Of a DNA stretch of 64,000 nucleotides, positions 37,600-49,490 are shown one piece after another (positions within the stretch are counted from its first letter, which is position 1; each line of letters starts with the position of its first letter). Position numbers and translations under genes: made by a program. This stretch comes from Chiloscyllium plagiosum (Eukaryota): positions 23,138,773-23,202,772 of the forward strand of contig NC_057718.1 of assembly GCF_004010195.1 (NCBI RefSeq), given 5' to 3'. The notes under the pieces are model-generated. The model had not been told where the DNA came from, searched no databases, and worked only from the letters and a program-made list of their open reading frames with translations.

Positions 37600-37903
37600 G
37601 GCTGCATAGTGGCCCAGAGGTTAGCACTGCTGCTTCACAGTGCCAGGCATCTGGGTTCGATTCCAGCCTCGGGGAACTGTCAGTGTGGGATTTGCACATT
37701 CTCCCATGGGTTTGCTTTGGTCTCCTCTCACAGTCCAAAGATGTGCAGGTTAGTGGATTGGATACGCTAAATTGCCCATACTGTTCAAGGATGTGCAGGC
37801 TGGGTGGGTTAGTTGTTAGTTGTGGGATGCTGTTTAGAGTCAGTGTGGACTCGATGGGCTGAATAGCCTTGTTCCCACGATATAGGGATTCTGTGATTCT
37901 ATG
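37600..37903 (+). mobile_element. HE1-type V-SINE
   Basis: GGTTAGCACTGCTGC..GGGTTCGATTCC..CAGTCCAAAGATGTGCAGG..AGGGATTCTGTGATTCTATG. Confidence 0.85.
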
Positions 37904-39199
37904 TTCCCTCATCTATCCACCTTCACTGGGATTTCAGTAATAACCAAAAGGTGGCCTGTCTATTCTTGGGCCAATTGAAGTCCAACTTAAGAGATTGACT
38001 TAGTTCTGTTGCTTGTGTTTTGCCTGTGATGGGATCACAAAGCCAATGATGCACACTTATGACCAAATGGTGGGGTGAGGTGAGGAGGGCCTCTCTTTTT
38101 TGGGCATCTTTTCCTAACATGTGTTTCCCCCACCCTCTACCATGGTACTGCACATCTCTAGTTGGTCTCCTGGTACAGTGCCTGCCAGACTGACCCTGGC
38201 CAAGAGATTCTCTCCTGCTTATCTTGTTATCCTGTCCCAGGGGCAATAAAGGTGAGAGAATGAGTGCCTAAGCAGCTGAATACATGATCATAGATGGCAA
38301 GACAGTTATAATTGGAAATATTCAAGGGGCTAGACTTAGAGGAACACTGTAATTCTGGTAGGCTGGAAGGTTGGAGAAGATTAGAGTCAGGAGAAACCAG
38401 GCCACCAGAATAACAATAACAAAAATTATAAAACTCAGGGTTTGATTAACTAGGAACTGGTCACTATCCAATGAGGTAACTCCTGTGGAACAGTGGAAGT
38501 CTGCCTGCCTCTGGGTAAGGAGGCATAAGCTCACGTCTTACATATTCTAGAGCCGAGCATTAACACCTCTGAACACGTTGATTAAAAATATCTACAGTCA
38601 ATGATGTTGGGGCAATCAGTGAATGGACTTTGTCAGAGTCAGGGCAAGGCAGTATACTTTTTGCTGGCCTCATGGTTATAGAACTGGAACTTGGGAGGCT
38701 GCTCAGGAGCACTTTAAGGTAGTTAAATCTCAATGTTCATACTTATCATCATCAACATAATGTTAAAATAATCATTCTGAGGCAAAACCTTGTGGAAATA
38801 ACCCTGTCTTTTCTAGGCCATTTCATACGGCCTCCCTCTCTCACTTTGATTTTTATTTCAATTCAAAAGCCCTTAGATCTGAGCAACTGGTAAGTTCTGC
38901 ATTGCAGATTCATGAAATGAGGCATGAAGTTGCGACACTGCTTTTTATTACCTGTTTCTTCAGATCCATTTGAAGCACATACCATTGTGGTTGTCTTCAC
39001 CGTAACAGTTTCACTCCAAAAGTTCTTCTTACTTGGGACTTAGTTATTGATACTGAGTGAGGACATGCCATACAATGTCTTTGCCAGAAGATAGGTTCGG
39101 TCTTGATAAACAGGATGGGCTTATTGGATAGTACTTATTGGCTAGCAGCATTGTAGTTGAGTTACATGAGAGCCCCAACTGAGGTTACACTTCAGAGGG

Positions 39200-39502
39200 A
39201 ATACACAGAACCCTATGAGCAGGCTGTTCGACCCATTAAATCCACACCCAACCTCCAAGTAGCATCCAGACCCAACCCTGCTCCCTGTCCCTGCATCCCT
39301 ACAATCCTCCTAACCTACCTATGGCCAGTCCAACTAACCTACACATCTTTGGACTGTGGGAAGAAACTGGAAAACCTGGGGAAAACTTACACAGACATAG
39401 CGAGAAGGTGCAAAGTCCACACAGACAGAGTCTTGGAATTGAATCTGAGTTCCTGGTGCTGTGAGGCAGCAAGTGATAACCACTGAGCCACCGTGCCGCC
39501 CA
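39200..39502 (-). mobile_element. HE1-type V-SINE (diverged)
   Basis: CACATCTTTGGACTGTGGG..CCACTGAGCCACCGTGCCGCCC. Confidence 0.8.
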
Positions 39503-40840
39503 TTACTGCTCCTAAAACGTTCTAGTACGTAACTTAGAGACAACTAAACAACTTCACAGCTTCTCTCAGGAAGTCTTTTATATCTTGAGGTTATCTTGCA
39601 ATATCAGAGGACCTTTTTATGTATGAAATATCTTCTACAGCATCACGTACCAATTCTCAACTGAAAAGATTGACAAGACCTGTCTCCCACATTACCTTGC
39701 ACCTTGGGGGGAAATAAAAGAATGATGCAATTAATATTTTCTTTGCTTCAGTGAAGTCCATAATTTGATTGACAGCAGACGTTCAGCAGGGAGAGAATAA
39801 CAGGGGCTAAGTATATTTCCATAATATGTTATATTAGCAAGTAGTCCTCATAGGTTTAGCGCAGTCCCTATGGAATTAGTATTTTAGTCAGCTGACCTCT
39901 TCAATCGAACACAATCTTGTGAAGTAAAAGCACAGCTTCTCCCCTTAGGCTTCAAAAACACAAGTTGTAAAATTGTTTCTAAGACTTGAGACTGTCTGAT
40001 TTCTTGAAGAATGTTCTCCCAGTGCTTTTTGAAGTTCAAAGGCCAAAACACAGTAATGGCTTCCTTTTGGAGATGAACTAAATGAAGCAGGGTCCAATAA
40101 AATAGGAAACTGTATTTGGTTTGAGGAAGGGTTTAATGCACAGTGTGGCTTTTTCTTGTCCTAAGAATCTTCTTTGTTGAAATCAATTTGTTTATAAAAC
40201 CTCATAATCATCATTATTCAATGTATAATGCTTTAAAGATGTAAATTAGTTTTATTGCATTATAATAAGAGGGTTCATTCCTTTGTGAAGGTTTTGGATG
40301 TATATGATGTGTTAACAGAAAAGGAGGTGTGCATCAGACATCCAAAAGAGCCATAATGTGTCTCCATTAGACGAAAGCAGTTGGTTATGTATAGCTGTAG
40401 GGTAGCCACTATACAAGCATGGTGTAAGGTGAGGAGATTGTAAAACCCATGGGCTCGCACAGTCTGCATGGATTTTGAACCACAGACTTTATTCTGGAAT
40501 AAACTCAAGTCATCTGGCCAATTGAACTAACCAACTGTCAGCTAGCACTTAAATAGTAGTCACTGTTTGGGATGGACACCCCTCTGGTAGATTAAAACCC
40601 CACCATGATACCATGACTAGTGTGATCAAAGGTAGTTCTGTTATGGGCATACCGAGGACATGACTAGTGCCACTTATGTAAGTTATTTCTTTTTTTTAAT
40701 TCAAATGTTACAGATGTCAGCTTTCAAACTCTTGGTAAATAAGAAATGGTGGATTTGTTTTTGTGATGTGGAGAAACATTGATGCACCCAGATAGCATTT
40801 AGATCAGTTAACCATTACTGCATCACGTAGCCGTTTGGAA

Positions 40841-40978
40841 CAGCAGTTCTGAAGAAGGGTCACTGGACCTGAATCATTAACTCTGCTTTCTCTCCACAGA
40901 CACTGCCAGACCTGCTGAGTTGATCCAGCAATTTCTACTTTTGTTTCCAATTTTCAGCATCCACAATTCTTTGTTTCA
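40841..40978 (+). mobile_element. PLE pLTR (family B) starting at a degenerate HHR
   Basis: CAGTTCTGAAGAAGGGTCACTGGACCTGAA..CTCTCCACAGA..CCAGACCTGCTGAG. Confidence 0.75.
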
Positions 40979-41700
40979 GTCTAATATAGAATGATTAATG
41001 TTCAAAAAGAAAGCCATATTATGAGAATGTATTTTTCAAAAATAAAAAGTCTGTGAAGGAATTAGAAGCTGCCTAGATTCATAATGGTCTTGAGAATGAC
41101 TGAGGGATTAAGTCAGCAGCTCCAGATCAAGGGGAGAGGAACGTTGTAAAACAAGTCCTGAAAAGTAGATGGCACAGATCCGAAACTTGCTGATAAAGTG
41201 GGAGCTGTACTTCAGAGATAATCTCCCTAAGAAACAATTTAAAGTTCCAGATATATCTAAGAAAATGCATTCCACTTTCCTTTAATGCATAGCCAAACTG
41301 CACTACTTCATATGCATCAAGTTTCTTTCTCAGTATAATCGGAAAAAACGTAGCTATAACTTGTTTTAATAAATTTGCAGTCTGATCAAATTAACTTTCT
41401 TTTACAAAACCAACACTGACGGAAAACTGACTTCAGCAAGATAATATTCCCTTCTAGTGGATCACAATGACCATACAGTAACTTGGAAGTTGAGTTGTAT
41501 TGTTTGAAGATATTTAATCAAATCTGCTGCCTTCCTCCAGAACTCTTGAACTGTGCTGTTTTAATCTAATTATTAGATTCAAAACCTACAAGTTCAAGTA
41601 GAACTCTGGATTAGATCCAATGAAATATAATTTGCTATTCACCATTTTGAGGTGGTCTGTAAAACTAGCAGTTCACACTCTCCTGTCAGTTTCCAGACAT

Positions 41701-42045
41701 GCATGTCAGATTAGATTGCCTTAAATATGTTTTGCTCAATATGTTTGTACAAAGTTTCAGGAGTCTGGAACAGTTTAAGTATCATAAAGAATGAAACATA
41801 TGTACACATGAAAGTTAATCTAAGAAAGACCTTCACTAATTCCCATTCCTCAATAAAGTTTTGGCATGTATTGACAAACTAACTGCAATCACTGTGCTGA
41901 TGCTGCTTTGTGTATGGTTAACTGTCCTGCAGTACTCTGTATTTCTCTAAATGCACTTTACAATGTTTTAAGAAATTGACAGAAATGTGAGTTCATAAAA
42001 GCTGTTTAACAAATAAATTTCATTTTGTGCAAATTTGGAAATATT
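41701..42045 (+). repeat. Direct repeat copy 1 (~345 bp, unclassified)
   Basis: Colinear with 43323-43670. 39-bp identical core at 41901-41939. Confidence 0.9.
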
Positions 42046-42825
42046 CCTGAAACGGCAATGGCATTACCTGACTTTGAATGTTGTAACATCGAAAAGGTAG
42101 AGCAACAAACAGGAACAACATACTTGACGAAATAAGTTTGAGTTTCCACTTTGAAGGAAGTGTCTTGAAGTAATCCCACTGCCCTGCTTTCATCTTCTGT
42201 TGAGATGATTGTCTGCAGATGCAATTGTTTCCATCTCAAATATTCCGTTTTGTGAACTATTGCACACTGGAACAACTCACTGCAAAATAAATAGCTCCTC
42301 AGTCCTCTTCTTCTCTTGATTGTGTTTTTTTTTAAATCAATAACTTTTATAATTGATGCAAGACAGGAGGGACTGGTTGAATTTTTATTTTAAATTAAAA
42401 CCTCTCTCGAAAAATTCAGCAAACTGTGCATCAGGTGAGCAGAACAGGACTGAGAAATAGCTCAGATGTAATCGTCATTGAAAAAAAAATTGTCAGACCA
42501 CAGCATCCAAATAATAAAAGGAGAATTGAGCACTCATTCAGGCCAGAATTTATTTTCCAGGATAATTTAATGTCTACAGATCAAAACCAGATTTTGTTTT
42601 CCCTTCTGCAGCCTTGAAATCATTAGTAATTATCAATAACCTGCTGTCAACCTCTGTGCTCTTATTTTGTACATCAGTGCGTGATGTGTTTGTAAGGCTA
42701 TGCTAATGCTGCAACTGGTAAACTTAGATTGGCATTACTCATCCATGATGCAGAATCAGCAGACTCTTTTATAGTGCACACTAACCTCCAATTGACCCAT
42801 ATAGAAGAAAAAGATTGCTACAAAC

Positions 42826-43155
42826 ATAGAATCCCTACAGTGTGGAAGCAAGACATTCAGCCTATTGGTCCACACAAACCCACTGAAGAGCATACCACCC
42901 ATCTACCCTATAACCCTGCATATTCCATAGCTAATCCATCTAGCCTGCAACATTCCTGCATAATTTCACATGTCCACCCCACCTAAATTGCACATTTTTT
43001 GACTGTGGGAGGAAACTGGAGCACCTGAAAGAAACCCACACAGACACAGGGAGAATATGCAAACTCCACACAGGCAATTACGGAGGGTGGAATTCGAAAC
43101 CAGGTCCCAGGCACTGTGAGGTAGCAGTGCTAACCACTGAGCCACTGTGCCACCC
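42826..43155 (-). mobile_element. HE1-type V-SINE
   Basis: CATAGAATCCCTACAGTGTGG..GCAAACTCCACACAG..TAACCACTGAGCCACTGTGCCACCC. Confidence 0.85.
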
Positions 43156-43322
43156 TAAAGCAAATGAACCCTTCAAGCAATACACGCCTGTGACTTTTAC
43201 ACAAAACATATTTGTCATGAATTTATTAATTAGCCAAATGTGTTATTTCAATGTTGTAGCGAGTATTTCCTACATTATAAACAATAATTTTAACTTTGGC
43301 TGAGATATTGTACCTGGTTTCA

Positions 43323-43670
43323 GCATGTCAGATTAGAATTGCCCTAAATAGGTTTTGCTCCATATGTTTGTACAAAGTTTAAGGAGTCTGGAACAGTTTA
43401 AGTACCACAAAGAATGAAATCTACATACACATGAAAATAAATCTAATAAAGACTTTCACAAACGCACATTTCATAATACATTTCTGGCATGTATTGACAA
43501 AGATTTTTGAAGCTAACTGTAATCACTGCACTGGTGCTGCTTTGTGTATGGTTAACTGTCCTGCAGTACTCTGCACTTCTCTAAATGCAATTTGAAGAAA
43601 TTTTCAGAAATGCATGTTCATCAAAGTTGCTAAACAAATAATCTGCATTTTGTGCAAAGATGGAAATATT
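43323..43670 (+). repeat. Direct repeat copy 2
   Basis: Colinear with 41701-42045. Identical core at 43535-43573. Confidence 0.9.
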
Positions 43671-43799
43671 GCCAAGGTACAGAGAGAGCTAAATGGCCAA
43701 TCAAGGGGAAATTACTCTGCTAATTGAGACAATTATATGCAAATAACGATACTGCTCAATGTATGAAATGAAGATAGGCTTAATCAGTAAAACACTACT

Positions 43800-44105
43800 T
43801 GGGTAATTCAAGGGCTCTTGTGATACAATGAGAGTGTCCCTATCTCTGGTCCAGATAGTTTGGGTTCAAGTCCCACCTGCCTCAGTTGTGTGATGGGAGG
43901 TACCTGAACATGTTGATTAACTTAGTTACTTTTGCATATTCATCAACAAAAGAGTATCTGGGTAATTCAAGGGCTGTTATGACGCAGTGGCAGTGTCCCC
44001 ACTGTCTGAATTCAAGCCCCAACTTGGCTTGCTCGTGTGTTGTGATGTGTTTGAAAGGTTGATTAAAATATCACAGTTTTGGATATTTATCAGAAAAAGG
44101 TATCT
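43800..44105 (+). repeat. Tandem duplication (period ~159 bp) containing a short tRNA-like SINE
   Basis: TGGGTAATTCAAGGGCT at 43800 and 43959. Both units end in GTTGATTAA..TTTTG(C/G)ATATT..AAAAG(A)GTATCT. Confidence 0.75.
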
Positions 44106-44699
44106 ATCAAGAACTTTAGCATAGAGAACTTGTTTTCCATCTTATCTAGTGTAATACAAATGGGAGAATGGTCTCACACCTTTATGAGCTGTAACTAGTA
44201 AAATAATAACTCAGATTAATGAAAAAGGTCAGCTAGAAATTAAGCAGTGTAAGATAAGTATGTGCACATTTAATGTACTTGCAAAAGATTTACTTTCCTT
44301 CAATTTGAATTGAATCATTGATCTGTTTGTTTCAAAGGAATTAACATCACTAAGAAAATCATGGATATTGTGACTTCATACCATTGACCAGATGGTATCA
44401 CACACCATAATTTATAAATTTACATTAACAAGTAAGAAGCACTGAGAAACCTCATAAGTAAACTGAGTGTACTTCCCTTTCTGCCTCTCAACCTGAGCAG
44501 GTAACCACTTGACAAAATGAGTTTTCCTGCCTCAGAGAGGAAAGGGTGAGGAAGATGTGTGAAGAAAGGCAAAGTTATTCCATGAACAATAATCTAAGCT
44601 TTAAGTCTAGAAAATCATATTGATTTTGCAAAACTGTGGCAAAGTTAATGTTCCTCATGTTCCTTCTTGACCTTTCCACAGTCTTTGAAATATCCTCTT

Positions 44700-44885
44700 C
44701 CTCCAACACCTCTCCACCATCATCCAACTTCCATTTTTATTTGAGATAGTTCTGATGAAGGGTCACTTGACCCGAAATGTTAACTATGATTTCTCTCCAC
44801 AGATGCTGCCCAGACCTGCTGAGCTTTTCCAGCAATTTCTATTTTTGTGTCTGATTTACAGCATCTGCTGTTCTTTCGGTTTTCA
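44700..44885 (+). mobile_element. PLE pLTR (family B)
   Basis: HHR followed by TTTCTCTCCACAGATGCTGCC..CCTGCTGAGCTTTTCCAGC..CAGCATCTGC. Confidence 0.8.
44746..44787 (+). ncRNA. Minimal hammerhead ribozyme, family B (one CpG-type change, GAAAC to GAAAT)
   Basis: AUAGUU-CUGAUGA-A-GGGUC(ACUU)GACCC-GAAAU-GUU^AACUAU, with a 6-bp stem I and a 5-bp stem II. Confidence 0.7.
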
Positions 44886-44917
44886 TTCTTATTTATTTAG
44901 TGTGGCCTATGAATTAG

Positions 44918-45172
44918 AGGAGGTAATGGCTTAGTTGTTTTATTGCTAGCCTATTAATCCAGAGATCCAGGTAATATTCCAGGGATCTCTGCCATGGTAA
45001 ATGTTGGAATTTGAATTCAATAAAAGTCTGGAATTGGGAATCTAATGATGACCAGGTAACCATTGTCAATTGTTGAGGGAAAAATATATCTGGTTCATGA
45101 ATGTCCTTTAGGGAATGGACCTACCATCCCTTACCTGGTCAGACCTACATGTGACTCCAGACCCATAGCAAT
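44918..45172 (+). mobile_element. tRNA-derived SINE family B
   Basis: GGAGGTAATGGCTTAGT..TAATCCAGAGA..GGAATTTGAATTCAATAA..CATGTGACTCCAGACCC. Confidence 0.8.
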
Positions 45173-45487
45173 GATGACATTGTTAAAAAGGTACTTTTGC
45201 TGTTAAGTTTCAACCTTAATTTTCCATGACAACTTCAATGAGCAGTTAATACGCAGTCAGCAAGTCCTTCAAAATATCAAGGAGACGAACATTGAGCTGC
45301 TCTTTCAGAGAAGCAAAATAAGTGATACAAATTAATCAGCAAGTTCAAGGGATTTATAACTTATCGTGCATCTCCTAACTTACTAAATTCAGAAAAAGGC
45401 TTGATGAGGGCTAAAATACTTTATGCAAACTTACACAGTTTAAGAGTTATTTTGTCTTTAATGTTTGGAAAGAGGATTATTTTACAG

Positions 45488-45597
45488 CAAAAGAAAATTG
45501 AAAAAATGCTGGAAAACCTCTGCAGGTTTGACAGCATTTGTGGAGCGAGAAAGACAATTAACATTTCGATTTCAATATGACTCTCCTTTGGAATTTC
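45488..45597 (-). mobile_element. Old PLE pLTR (family B)
   Basis: AAAATGCTGGAAAA..GCAGGTTTGACAGCATTTGTGGAGCGAGAAA..TTAACATTTCG. Confidence 0.6.
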
Positions 45598-46140
45598 AAT
45601 GTTTGCAATGCAGTGCTTTTGATCGAGTTTTACAGCTTCTGTTAGAATTGTACCCAAATTGGGCTGAGTGCAATCGGTAGACCTCCAGTACAATAAGCTA
45701 CACTACACAGGACAAGAAGTCTTCGTACAGACACTGCACAAACAGCTTGATTAACCTTTTCCAGCCTTCATTTATAGACGCAGTAGCAAATTAGCCTTGG
45801 CTGAACTTGCATCAACAAGTTTGTTTTCTTAGAAACCTTATTTTAGTGACAGATTTGCACCACATGCAAAACACCATTAACATTCCTATTATCATAACCA
45901 TTTACCTGAACACTAACATAATGGGAGTAAGCAAATTAGCCCTTTTACAAACAAGCAACATGAGGTAAGAAAATGATTGAAATCAGCATGGTTCAACCTT
46001 CAATGCTGTTTAATATATAACTGAAGAGTTCTTGGAAAAAAATAATACTGTTTTTGCACTTAGTTTTCAATTGAGGAAATTTACTTTGCTCATCATGATG
46101 TAACTCAATTAACCTGACTAAGTTTTATTGAGAATAAATA

Positions 46141-46468
46141 ATCATAGAATCCCTACAGTCTGTAAACTGGCCCTTCAGCCCAACAAGTCTACACCGGCCA
46201 TCCAAAGAGTGACCCACCCACACCCATTTCCCCACCCTATATTTATCACTGACTAATGCCCCTAAACTACACATCCCTGAATACTATGGGGCAATTTCAC
46301 ATGGCCAATTCACCTAACCTGTACATCTTTGGATTCTGGGAGGAAACCAGAACACCCAGACATGGAGAGAATGTGCAAATTCCACACAGTCGCCCGAGGC
46401 TGGAATCAAACCCAAGTCCCTGGTACTGTGAGGTAGCAGTGCTAGTCACTGAACCACCATGCCACCCT
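46141..46468 (-). mobile_element. HE1-type V-SINE
   Basis: CATAGAATCCCTACAG..GGCCAATTCACCTAACCTG..CCACCATGCCACCC. Confidence 0.88.
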
Positions 46469-47694
46469 CAATCAGAAGAATGGAAGGCAGGTTCCTTGTC
46501 CATTGTTAGGCAGAGAGTGGTTTGCTGTGAATTTTTAAAATTTGTTTTGATCATCACATGAATTGTCAAGAAAGTTAGCTTTCTGAAGTACAATACAGCC
46601 ATGCAGATCTGATCAAGGAGACAAACACAAATTTTGTTCCATTTGAGCGCAATAGCATGGAAGGGAACCATCTGGGGAATGATATAGAAATTCAAGAATA
46701 TACCGTTGCTTATTGTTTAATATTTCTGAATTTGTTTCTGGGGCAGTACTGCATTGCTCACTTACCCACAGCGTAGGGACTGACATGTTTCTCACCTATT
46801 GTGTGGTAGACTGCAATGGAGAATACATCAAACCCAATTATTGTTTGCAAATAAAAATCTAAAGTACTGCGGGTGCTGTAAATCAGAAACTGTTACTGCT
46901 TGTGAATGCTGTTCCCGCTGTCTTTGAATGGTGGTTTAACTGTCTGTCATGTATAGTTTCTTACGATCAGAAATGAACTACGGACGAGTCAGGAAAGTAA
47001 CTGGGAACATTTTTAATTGTACTGATCAAACACTCAATTAGCAAAGTGCAGGGTTAAAATGCCGCTATTACAACTCATTACTGTAGTTTAGTAAGGCAGG
47101 ATATATTCAGGATAGGAACAAATGTTTAAACATGGGCATTTGAGTGAAATATTTCCTGAAGTTAGATCATTAATAGGCTTTTTATGTCTCATTACTTCAA
47201 GAGGCAGCTGATTTCTTGAAGTTTATGGCTCATTACCCCCATCGTGAGCACAACATTTTGCTGACCAAGAATCATCTTTTAAGTATGTTACACATTTACA
47301 GATCTGACAAGAATGCTATTTTGGGGATGTGATTAGGAAGCCAGGAGCTACTAATAACTTAAATTAGCATATTTGTGAGTTGAGTGTTTGTGCATTTTTA
47401 ATTAAAGTGAAAACTCTCTATTAATTAAACAAATTTGTGTACTTAAACTACGCATAAATACAAATACAGTAATTATGCCATTAGAGTTTTATACAATAGA
47501 CCATAAACAAGAAATTCCACTTTTTCCAAGGGTGAAAATCCAATGTACAGAAAGGGAAAGAATATTGGGAAGGGACCTGTACAGATGATTTCTGGAGGAG
47601 CAATTTTTCATTTCTTCAGAAGGAAATCCTGGAAGCATGCCTGGTGGAAACCTGGTGTTTATGAATAATCCAGTCAATGAATTTGCTCACAGTC

Positions 47695-48765
47695 CATAAG
47701 ACATAAGACCAATGGGCAGACGTAGCCCATTCAGCCAGTCAAGTCTGTTCTGCCATTCAATGAGATCCTGCCTGATTTGATAATCTTCAGCTCTACTTTC
47801 CTGCCCTTTTCCCAACAATCCTTGATTCCCTTACTAATTAAAAATTTCTCTATCTCAGTCTTGAAATAATTAATGATCCGACCTCAACAGTCCTCTGTGA
47901 AAAAAAAAATCCACGCATTCACTAACCTCTGGGAGAAGAAATTCCTGATCCTCACTGTTGTAAATGAATGGCTGTGAGGTTATGCCCTTTGGTTCAAAAC
48001 TATCCCACAAGAAGAAACAACCTCTCTGCATCTACCCTGTCGGGTCCCCTAAGAATCTTTTTATTTCAACACGATCGCTTCTCATTCTTCTGAAATCTAA
48101 TGTGTACAGGCCCAACCTCTTCATTTTCTCATCATAAGACAGTGACTCCTTATCGGTATCAGCTTAGTGAACTTTCTCCAGACTGCCTTCAATGTGCCTC
48201 AATCTTTTCTTAGATAAGGAGCCCAAAACTGTTTACGGTATTCAAGCTGTGGACGCGCTAGTGTTCTCTATAGCTTTAGCAAAACCTTATTTCTTTAATA
48301 CTTCATTCTCTTTGAAATAATGATCAATATTCAATTTTCTTCTCTATTACCTGCTGAATGTCATTCATTGGCATGAGGACTGCCAACTTTCAATGTGCTA
48401 TAGCTTTCTGCAGTCTTTCTCTACTTCAATTATATTTCCTCTCTTCTTCCTGTCAAAGTGCAGAACCTCACATTTCCCACACTATATTCCATTTGCTAAG
48501 TCCTTGCCCACTTAATTAACCTGTCTGGATCCATTTGCAGACTCCTCATATCACTCCCACCTATTTTTGTGTCATCCACAAACTTGGCCACAATACATCC
48601 CCTTTTGTTCATCCAAGTCAGTGACATATGTTATAAATAATTGTGACCCCAAACCCTGTGGTACTCCACTAATTATAGATTGCCATCCTGAAAATATGCT
48701 TCTATTGTTTAGCCAATTGCCTATCCATGCTGATATGCTCTCTTCAACACCTGGACTCTTGTTTT
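47695..48765 (-). mobile_element. Old CR1 LINE 3' portion
   Basis: (CATAAGA)n tail at 47695-47710. Decayed ORF2 is colinear with 26090-27310. Confidence 0.75.
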
Positions 48766-48964
48766 ATAGAGGTAAGAATTTTTGTATTTGCTGTATTGAG
48801 TTTGCTGCATTTGAGTATCGCAATTTCATATTTAAACAGCATTTGACCTCTGAGAAGTTGTTTGAATGTTGGCCTCACCATTAAGATAGTAGAAGAAAAT
48901 AAATGCTCACCATTAAAGTTATTACAGCTGACGTTTAGTCCTCTATCTATCGTTGTTGCAAAAG

Positions 48965-49490
48965 ATTTTTATTCATTCTCGAATTGGATGTTCATGTTGC
49001 AGCCAAGTCCACCAGTTGTCACCCATTCCTTGAACAGATTGCCTTCTGAAATGGACTGGAGAGCCAGTTAAGAGTTAACTGCATTGTGGCGGCTGTGGAG
49101 ACACATGGAGTTCAGAGCAGGGAAAAAAATTAAGATTTAATGAAATTTATTTTTTTTAATGTCAATGGGTTATGTAGTCACCACTAGATTGGTTCTTAGT
49201 TGTATTAAATTCAAAATTCACTCAGTGACCTCATGGGATTTGTTCCCAGAACATTAGCCTGGGGCTCTGATCTTCTAGGAGAAAGTGAGGACTGCAGATG
49301 CTGGAGATCAGAGTTGAAAACTGTGATGCTGGAAAAACACAGCAGGCCAGGCATTCCTGAAAAAGGGCTTATGTCCGAAACGTCGATTCTCCTGCTCCTC
49401 GGATGCTGCCTGGCCTACTGTGTTTTTCCAGCACCACATTTTTCAGCTCTGATCTTCCAGTCCACTGTGGTTACCATTTTGTCAGTCCCT
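48965..49490 (-). mobile_element. SINE family B (diverged), interrupted by a fold-back pLTR
   Basis: GTTAAGAGTTAACTGCATTG..GGAGACACATG..CCCAGAACATTAGCCTGGG. Confidence 0.55.
49279..49445. mobile_element. Fold-back PLE pLTR (family A) with 15-bp TSD
   Basis: Junction GCCAGG|CATTCCTGAAAAAGGGCTTATGTCCGAAACGTCG. TSD GCTCTGATCTTC(T/C)AG at 49264-49278 and 49446-49460. Confidence 0.87.
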
